Below, piece after piece: positions 32,911 to 39,014 of a stretch of DNA of 39,014 bases. The position numbers and the translations under genes are program-made. The notes under the pieces were generated by a model, which was given only the letters and a program-made list of their open reading frames with translations, was not told the DNA's origin and searched no databases. The DNA lies in IMG/VR virus record IMGVR_UViG_3300009956_000004, one strand, 5' to 3'. Source of the DNA: a virus. Within the stretch, counting starts at the first letter, position 1; the number at the start of each line of letters is the position of its first letter.

Positions 32911-33231
32911 ATGTCGTACATCGATAAAGTAAAGGTGCTGTTGAATATCGAGGACGACTTGCAGGACAAAATGCTTGGTTTAATCGAGGAGATGACAACC
33001 CAGCATTTCACTGCCTATACTGGGGATTTTGGAGTGCCAGACAAGTTTGATTACATGATTATTGAGATCATGATCGAACGATTCAACCGCATTGGATCTG
33101 AAGGTTACTCTAAGAAAATGCTCGAAGGCTTAACTCTTGAATTTAATCAAGATGATTTTGCTCGATTTAACAAAATCTTAAAACGTGAGTACCCATCTAT
33201 CCTTGAAAATCGAGGATTTAAGATGCTATGA
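32911..33231 (+). CDS. Head-tail connector protein (gp6/gp15-like, by position)
   Basis: MSYIDKVKVLLNIEDD.QD..L..LIE... is a typical start of head-tail connector proteins. The alternative TTG start is at 32905. Confidence 0.6.
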   Translation: MSYIDKVKVLLNIEDDLQDKMLGLIEEMTTQHFTAYTGDFGVPDKFDYMIIEIMIERFNRIGSEGYSKKMLEGLTLEFNQDDFARFNKILKREYPSILENRGFKML

Positions 33232-33539
33232 GAGAAAGCGAACGTGTTGAACTCGTATTTCAGGCTGAAAAACCTAAATATGATCCAGAATTAGGGCGAA
33301 TGAGCAACGCAGAGCCCACTAAAAAGGTGTTGCCTTGCTTTATCTCAGAATTAGGATTGGAATTGAAAGTTAAACTGCTTGATAAAGTCGATGTAGATGC
33401 CAAAGTATTGCGTTTTAACCACGTTATAAATGGCCCTGTATCGTCCGTTATTATCGCTGACAAGCGATATAAGGTTATCAGCCGAAAGAATCCAGAACGA
33501 CGCTCTACGGTCTTGTATGTAGCTGAGGTGATGGGTTAA
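33228..33539 (+). CDS. Head closure / head-tail adaptor protein (by position)
   Basis: 103 aa, ATGA overlap upstream and TAATG overlap downstream. Confidence 0.5.
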   Translation: MRESERVELVFQAEKPKYDPELGRMSNAEPTKKVLPCFISELGLELKVKLLDKVDVDAKVLRFNHVINGPVSSVIIADKRYKVISRKNPERRSTVLYVAEVMG

Positions 33540-33880
33540 TGTTTGATATCGATATTAACGATGGAGGGGCAACCCTCTTTTTTGCGCAAGCAGTTAAATT
33601 TGACGCACACGAGATCTTAAAGGATCATGGCTCACGCTTGCACAGACGAGCAGTAAGAAACGCTGTTTTCACTCGTGGATATTCTACGGGTGCTACAAGA
33701 CAGTCTATACATCTTACTGTCGGACGGGACGAAGCAAAAGTGAAAACTGGTACAGATTATTCGGGTTATGTCGAAGTTGGAACACGCAAAATGGAAGCTC
33801 AACCATACATGGGGCCAGCACTGGAAGAAACTATTCCAGAGTTTGTAGCAGATTTAGAGAAAGGAATGACAGGTAAATGA
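33539..33880 (+). CDS. HK97 gp10-family neck/tail protein
   Basis: ..TDYSGYVEVGTRKMEAQPYMGPALEE.. matches the gp10-family signature (GT.KM.A.P...PA). Confidence 0.75.
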   Translation: MFDIDINDGGATLFFAQAVKFDAHEILKDHGSRLHRRAVRNAVFTRGYSTGATRQSIHLTVGRDEAKVKTGTDYSGYVEVGTRKMEAQPYMGPALEETIPEFVADLEKGMTGK

Positions 33881-34260
33881 AACAGCCAGATCAACAATTA
33901 TTTGACGAGATTTACAAGCGTATTTCTTCGCTTGGCTATGATGTTTATCTTGCCTTACCAGACATGTCTGCAAAATACCCATTTTGTGTGATGGGTGATA
34001 CGCATTTAATGCCAAACCCTACCAAATCGGGATTGATTGGTCTAGTAAGTACAAGAGTACATGTCTGGGACGACATCAACAATCGCAGACGACTGTCAGA
34101 CATGATCTACAAGATCCAAAATGAATTGAGCAAGATCAATCGTATCGAGAATAGAAGCTGGTCAATGGGCCTCTCTAGTAATAGTCAAATCATTAAAGAC
34201 AACAGCACAGAAGAAACTCTTTTCCACGCAGTCATTGACATGGAATTTAAATTTGTTTAA
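33877..34260 (+). CDS. Tail completion / tail terminator protein (by position)
   Basis: 127 aa, ATGA overlap. Immediately precedes the major tail protein. Confidence 0.5.
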   Translation: MKQPDQQLFDEIYKRISSLGYDVYLALPDMSAKYPFCVMGDTHLMPNPTKSGLIGLVSTRVHVWDDINNRRRLSDMIYKIQNELSKINRIENRSWSMGLSSNSQIIKDNSTEETLFHAVIDMEFKFV

Positions 34261-34277
34261 ACGAAAGGAAAAACTAA

Positions 34278-34769
34278 ATGGTATTAGAACCACAAAAAGG
34301 TAAAGATCGGATTTTGATGTTCCGTAAAAAAGGCGACAAAACTGCTGCAGCAAAACTTGCTTTGCAAACAGAACATAAATGGGAATATGAACGCAAAACG
34401 GATAGCACAAAAACTAAAGACGGTGCTATTTCCGCTGCTGGTGGATTGGAAGTTACACTCTCAATCGAAGCGGTTGCATCTCGTGATGAATTGAATAACA
34501 TGCTTAAAAACTCTGTAATCGAAGGTTACGAGTTGGAAGTGTGGGACATCGATTTGAAAGGCGAAAAGCAAGGTGCAAAATACCCAGCATTGTATGCGAT
34601 CGGTAAATTGAGCAAGTGGGAAGTGCCTGCAAACGTTGAAGATCTCATCACTTTGCAAACTGAAATGGCAATTGATGGTAAACCAGTACCGGGATATGCA
34701 ACACTTACTGCAGATCAAGAGGCAGAGGTGCTTTATGCATTTGCTGACACAACTGCAATCACTGGATAA
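34278..34769 (+). CDS. Major tail protein (TP901-1-type)
   Basis: 163 aa, followed by a strong terminator and then the G/GT chaperones and tape measure. Sequence style ..GKDRILMFRKKGD..A..LALQTEH....R..DSTKTKDG.. is typical. Confidence 0.8.
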   Translation: MVLEPQKGKDRILMFRKKGDKTAAAKLALQTEHKWEYERKTDSTKTKDGAISAAGGLEVTLSIEAVASRDELNNMLKNSVIEGYELEVWDIDLKGEKQGAKYPALYAIGKLSKWEVPANVEDLITLQTEMAIDGKPVPGYATLTADQEAEVLYAFADTTAITG

Positions 34770-34783
34770 GCAGTAACAATCAC

Positions 34784-34809
34784 GAGGGCGAAAGCCCTCT
34801 TTTATTTTT
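34784..34809 (+). terminator. Rho-independent terminator/attenuator after the major tail gene
   Basis: GAGGGC-gaaa-GCCCTC followed by TTTTATTTTT. Confidence 0.8.
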
Positions 34810-34841
34810 ACTAAAAAACACAAAGAAAAGGAAAAATCATA

Positions 34842-35192
34842 ATGAAAACATTGACAATTAACGAACGTGAACACGAACTATCTTTTGGTATTGCATTTAT
34901 CCGTGAACTTGATAAGAAATTCTGCTCAAATGTGAATGGAATGAATTTCGGAGCTGGTGTCCGTTCTGCGGTTGTGTATCTCTTGGATGGAAACCCAACA
35001 ATCTTGGTTGACATCATTCAGGCCGCAACAATCACGAATCGGAGCAAATTATCTGAAAAGGATATTGAGAAATGGCTTGAAGAGCAAGATGATCTCGATG
35101 TTGTCTTCGATGATTTTTTAACATGTTTCAAGACCTCAAAACTGACCAAGAAGACAACGATGGCGATCGTGGAAGCGGTGGAACAAGCCTAA
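34842..35192 (+). CDS. Tail assembly chaperone (gpG-like)
   Basis: 116 aa between the major tail and tape-measure genes. Overlapped at its 3' end by a -1 frame ORF. Confidence 0.8.
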   Translation: MKTLTINEREHELSFGIAFIRELDKKFCSNVNGMNFGAGVRSAVVYLLDGNPTILVDIIQAATITNRSKLSEKDIEKWLEEQDDLDVVFDDFLTCFKTSKLTKKTTMAIVEAVEQA

Positions 35193-35572
35193 AGAAAACC
35201 ACGGTCGAACTCACTTCTGAACAGACTTATGAAGACTTGATGGCAACTATCTTCGCATTCTTTGGTATTACAGACTATGTGACTGCTCAACGGATGACGC
35301 TGAAAGAGTTTAATATCAGACAGCGTGCAAGAGATATGCAGATGTTAGACGAAGAAAAGAGAGTGTATTTACTCGCTTTTCAGATTCGACAAGCACAAGC
35401 GAGTAAGAAAGATGGGAGATATATCTTTGAGAAGTTCGAAGACTTCTACAACGAAGAAGAACGACGCAGAACAGTCTTGAATAGATCACAAGGCCCTGCA
35501 GTCAATCAAGAGCTGATTGAGATTGCCAAAAGACTTCAAAGGAGGCGAAAGGAAGGAGGTATAGATGGCTGA
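34842..35572 (+). CDS. Tail assembly chaperone G-T fusion produced by programmed -1 frameshift at 35114-35120
   Basis: The -1 frame is open from the slip site to 35572. The T-part has no RBS of its own and ends 8 nt into the tape-measure gene. Confidence 0.7.
35114..35120 (+). promoter_or_regulatory. Slippery heptamer T TTT TTA (X XXY YYZ) for the -1 ribosomal frameshift
   Basis: The zero frame reads gat gaT TTT TTA aca (..DDFLT..). The -1 frame reads TTT TTT AAC ATG TTT CAA... Confidence 0.7.
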
Positions 35573-38500
35573 TAAGTCCTTTAAAGTAGAAGCCGTGCTG
35601 AAAGCCACTGATGCGGGTTACTTTGCCACCATGCAAAAGGCAGGCTCTGCAGTCGAAGGTCTCACGCAAAAGGCTGGTAAAGCTGGATCCAATATCTTTG
35701 GATCGCTTGAGAAAGTCGGCAAGGGCATGACGATTGCAGGGGCAGCAACCACTGCAATGGGTGTAAAAGCAGTAAAAGGCTTTGGAGACTTCGAGGCCTC
35801 ACTCAACAAGGCAGCTATCGTAGCTGGTGGTACATCTAAAGACATCGAAGGTCTGGCAGATGTAGCCAACAGAATGGGTAAAGACTTGCCACTGTCTGCA
35901 CAAGATGCAGCAGATGCAATGATTGTCATGGCCCAAAACGGTGCAAGCCTAGAAACTATTAAAAAGATTTTCCCAGCAATCGCACAAGCAGCAACTGCCT
36001 CTGGTGCCGATTTGGTCACAACTGCTGGGGTTGTACAGCAAGCAATGAATGTTTGGGGCGATAGTATCGGATCTGCAGAACAAGCTGCAGCCGTATTGAC
36101 TCAAACAGCAAACGTATCTAATGCATCTGTCGAGAGTATGGAGCAAGCCCTTTCCAACGTGGCAAGTTCCTCTCGCTTGATGGGAGTAGATATGAAAGAT
36201 GCATCTACTGCGATCGGTCTGATTACTAATACTGGTATGTCTGCAGCGCAAGCGTCTCAAGACTTAAACCACGCTATGCTCAAGATGGCAGCACCATCTA
36301 AGAAAGCAAGCAAGTTGATGAATAGTCTTGGATTGAGCTATACGGACGCTGCTGGTAACATGAAGCCGTTCAAGCAGATTCTGATTGAAGTAAACGACAA
36401 GATCAAAGATATGTCACAGTCTGAGAAGGCTGCAACATTGAAGACCTTGTTTGATACATCAGGGATGCAAGCGATCAGCCCATTGCTTGACAGTATTTCA
36501 AACAAAACTAAAGATGCCACTAAATCATGGGACGCTGCCAGAGGGTCACTCGAAGAGGTCTCCCGTTCGCAAGGTGATGCTGCCGCTTGGCTTGCTAGAC
36601 AAGCAGAGGACATGCAAAATAACGTAGGTTCTAAACTTGAGCAAGTCGGTGGATCATGGGAAGCCTTGCGCAATAAGGTTATGGCATCGAATAAAGGGAT
36701 GCTCACAGGCTTATTGTCCGGAACATCCAAAACCATTGAATGGGCCACAGAGAGCGACAACGCAGTTGCCAAGGTCATTCGTGGCTTTGTTGGTTTATCA
36801 CCAGTCGTAGGGCCTGCAATGACTGCGATTGGCACAACTATGACACAGACACGCTCGATTGTGAGTGGTTTAGGTTCTGCGTTCGGTGCAGCGAAAACTG
36901 TAATGACTTCTGGATGGGGATTGATTGCAATCGGTATCGCACTGGTTGCGAAATATTTTATTGACTTATACAAAAATAGCGAATCATTTAGAAACAAAGT
37001 CAATGCAGTAGTCAAATCAGTACAATCTGGTTTTTCAGCCCTTGCAAGCAAACTGAAACCAGTCATTGATGGCATTAAGAAAATGTTCAGTGGGGTTCCC
37101 AATGCTGGTGGTCTGCTTGGTGCAATTAGCGGTGCTGGTCTAGCTATCGGTGGGCTGTTTATGGTTCTGAAAAAGAATCCATTCGCAGCATTTGCATCCA
37201 AGGGTCAACAATCAATGGGGTTGCTCTCTAAATTAAACCCATTTAGTGGATTAGGGGCTAAAGCTACTACTGAATCAAAAGGAGTAGAAAACGCATTTAG
37301 ACAATCAGACGGAGTCATCAAACAAATCTTCACAGGTTTAGGTGAGGGCATCAAGTCTGCGTTGACTGGTGTTGCGATTGCTGCAAAAGGTATCGGCTCT
37401 GGTCTTGCTACCGCATTTAGAGGAATCGGGCAAGCACTTGCGATGGCTAACCCAGCAAATCTACTTGCGTTATCTGTTGCTATTTTAGCAGTAGGTGCTG
37501 CAATGGCACTTGCTGGTATGCAAGGTGCTGGGATTGCTCAAATCCTACAAGGGATTGGTAGCGTGATTGAATCTATCGGTCAAGCGTTTGCCACCGTAGC
37601 AACTGCAATCATCGGTGCATTTGCTCAAGCTATTGTAACAGTAGCTCCTGCAATTCAAGCGTTTGTTCCAGTTATTAAGGCTGTTGGCTCTGCGATTGCA
37701 GAAATCATTACCGCTGTAGGTGGTGTTGCCCCTCAATTAGCTGTATTAGTTAATGCGTTTGGTACATCATTCAGCGCTATTATCCAAGCGGTAGGATCTG
37801 CGGTTCAACAAATCGCATCTGGTATTTCTCAAATCGTGACAGCACTTGCTCCGATCGTAGAAACTATCGGAAATGTAATCATCAAAGTTGCTGAAATTAT
37901 CATGACGAACTTGCCACCAGTTCTACAAGCGGTAACTCCACTTGTGGAAGTTTTAGGCAAGGTATTCACGACTACAGCACAGATCATTGCGGATGCAGTC
38001 GTGCGAATTGTCCAAGTGCTACAACCAGTTATGCCAGCAGTCGCACAGATTGCGCAAGCGGTTGGTCAAGCAGTATCTTCTATTGCACAAGCATTTGCTT
38101 CGATTGTCGGACAGATCGCACCCATTATCAACAGTATTGCGAACCTATTTACAAGCGTAGGTAACGCAATCAAGACTGCATTGAGTCCTGTTACTCCAAT
38201 TCTTCGAGAATTTGGTAATGTGGTTAACACTGTATTTAAAGGCGCATCTAATGTCATTAAATCATTTGGCCAAGCTGTTAAAAGCATTTTGGACGGTGTC
38301 TCTGGTGTCATCAAGTCAATTGGTGGTGCTATCAAGGACGCTGGTGAAGGGTTCAAACGCTTCGGACAAGGTGTGAAACTCGCAGGAGACCACGGACTTC
38401 AAGCTGCCGCTGGTATAGGTGCAGTTGCCACAGCGGTTCTCGGACTCGGTGGGGCATCCGCTGGTGGGAACTTGAATGGATTCCGTGCTGATTTGGACAA

Positions 38501-39014
38501 ATTAGACACGGTAATGTACAAGATTGGCAGTCGTAATGTAGGATCTATCTTTACACAGATGGCATCTGGTATGCGTGCCGCAGCGTCTGCGGTTAATCCA
38601 CTTGCAAACGGTCTGCCAAAAGTTGCGACAGCAATGACTACGATTGGCCCTGCTGCAACAGCATCATCAAGTGGCATCCGTTCGTTTGGTACAGGATTCC
38701 AGCAAATGGCATCTGCAGTAACTCGATCTGCAGTGATGTTTACAATGCTGAACAGTCAGTTTGCATCATTCGGATCTGCTATCATAAATGCTACATCGTC
38801 ATTGAGTGGATTTAACACAATGATTACCAGTGTACAATCTGGATTCACGTATATCATTCAATCGATCACATCCTTTATCTCGGTATTAACAAGCCTCGGA
38901 AGTAGTATCCGTACAGTTCAAACGACTATATCCCAACTTGGTACATCAATGGTACAATCTGCGTCTGGGTTCTCTCAACTCGGTAATGCTATGCGTACAG
39001 CAATGTCGCAAGTT
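35565..39014 (+). CDS. Tail tape measure protein, N-terminal and central part (runs off the window end; continues at nt 128; ~1471 aa in total)
   Basis: ATG 35565 with GGAAGGAGG RBS. Hand translation shows no stop through 39014. The TP901-type TMP core ..MGKDLPLSAQDAADAMIVMAQNGASLE..VLTQTANVSNASVESM.. is present, followed by long Ala/Gly/Ile/Val helical repeats. Confidence 0.9.
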   Translation, partial: MADKSFKVEAVLKATDAGYFATMQKAGSAVEGLTQKAGKAGSNIFGSLEKVGKGMTIAGAATTAMGVKAVKGFGDFEASLNKAAIVAGGTSKDIEGLADVANRMGKDLPLSAQDAADAMIVMAQNGASLETIKKIFPAIAQAATASGADLVTTAGVVQQAMNVWGDSIGSAEQAAAVLTQTANVSNASVESMEQALSNVASSSRLMGVDMKDASTAIGLITNTGMSAAQASQDLNHAMLKMAAPSKKASKLMNSLGLSYTDAAGNMKPFKQILIEVNDKIKDMSQSEKAATLKTLFDTSGMQAISPLLDSISNKTKDATKSWDAARGSLEEVSRSQGDAAAWLARQAEDMQNNVGSKLEQVGGSWEALRNKVMASNKGMLTGLLSGTSKTIEWATESDNAVAKVIRGFVGLSPVVGPAMTAIGTTMTQTRSIVSGLGSAFGAAKTVMTSGWGLIAIGIALVAKYFIDLYKNSESFRNKVNAVVKSVQSGFSALASKLKPVIDGIKKMFSGVPNAGGLLGAISGAGLAIGGLFMVLKKNPFAAFASKGQQSMGLLSKLNPFSGLGAKATTESKGVENAFRQSDGVIKQIFTGLGEGIKSALTGVAIAAKGIGSGLATAFRGIGQALAMANPANLLALSVAILAVGAAMALAGMQGAGIAQILQGIGSVIESIGQAFATVATAIIGAFAQAIVTVAPAIQAFVPVIKAVGSAIAEIITAVGGVAPQLAVLVNAFGTSFSAIIQAVGSAVQQIASGISQIVTALAPIVETIGNVIIKVAEIIMTNLPPVLQAVTPLVEVLGKVFTTTAQIIADAVVRIVQVLQPVMPAVAQIAQAVGQAVSSIAQAFASIVGQIAPIINSIANLFTSVGNAIKTALSPVTPILREFGNVVNTVFKGASNVIKSFGQAVKSILDGVSGVIKSIGGAIKDAGEGFKRFGQGVKLAGDHGLQAAAGIGAVATAVLGLGGASAGGNLNGFRADLDKLDTVMYKIGSRNVGSIFTQMASGMRAAASAVNPLANGLPKVATAMTTIGPAATASSSGIRSFGTGFQQMASAVTRSAVMFTMLNSQFASFGSAIINATSSLSGFNTMITSVQSGFTYIIQSITSFISVLTSLGSSIRTVQTTISQLGTSMVQSASGFSQLGNAMRTAMSQV
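38888..39014. repeat. Terminal overlap, copy 2 (identical to 1-127)
   Basis: Same 127-nt string as the window start. It lies inside the tape-measure ORF. Confidence 0.95.

Larger units (their letters stand above)
1..39014. mobile_element. Complete temperate siphovirus genome (integrase-bearing), circularly closed assembly; unique length 38,887 bp
   Basis: All canonical modules are present (lysogeny, replication, packaging, head, tail, lysis). An exact 127-nt overlap joins the window ends, and the tape-measure ORF runs continuously across that junction. Confidence 0.9.

Noticed and set aside
35618-38677. Minus-strand ORFs of 92-287 aa (35618-36019, 35949-36260, 36338-37201, 38066-38356, 38399-38677)
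   Set aside because: They lie antisense to the uninterrupted tape-measure ORF. Their Ala/Pro/Ser-rich low-complexity translations are the mirror of the GCx/GGx-rich sense frame, and they have no RBSs.
1-39014. CRISPR arrays, rRNA, transposases/IS elements and reverse transcriptase (retron/DGR)
   Set aside because: No regularly spaced repeat array, no rRNA-like sequence, and no transposase or RT motifs in any listed ORF.

Overview
The window is a complete, circularly closed genome of a temperate siphovirus from a low-GC Gram-positive host. The families seen (phiLC3-type holin, Pal/Amidase_5-type lysin, Gp157, DUF1642, YopX) point to a Lactobacillales-like host. Nt 1-127 are repeated exactly at 38888-39014, so the unique length is 38,887 bp and the tape-measure gene is split across the window ends. 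Gene order on the + strand is: tape-measure C-terminus, Dit, a 1427-aa Tal/receptor-binding protein, two unknowns, and the lysis cassette (membrane protein, holin, lysin). An unusually placed three-gene BppU-like/fibre/RBP-like module follows the lysin, then a terminator and an attP-type non-coding region. The lysogeny module lies on the - strand: integrase, two unknown accessory genes and a CI/LexA-type repressor. A divergent genetic switch carries a thrice-repeated palindromic operator. The early/replication module follows: cro-like gene, replisome organizer with an embedded iteron origin, DnaC-like loader, Gp157, ERF, a free-standing HNH endonuclease, SSB and RusA. Next comes a ~530-nt ORF-free, hairpin-dense interval with a tRNA-like T-arm, ending in a terminator. 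A middle region holds a MazG-like gene, an XRE regulator, two DUF1642 paralogues, YopX, small membrane proteins and an ArpU-like late regulator. The late module runs terS, terL, portal, MuF with a long C-terminal extension, scaffold, capsid, connectors, major tail protein, G/GT chaperones with a -1 frameshift site, and tape measure. No rRNA, canonical tRNA or CRISPR array was seen. The best candidates for something new are: the large structured non-coding interval at 20907-21440; the MuF C-terminal effector-like domain with its small downstream partner; the two unknown genes between repressor and integrase; the post-lysis fibre module; and the terminator-containing structured leader just upstream of terS. 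All family assignments rest on remembered motifs and synteny; no search was run.
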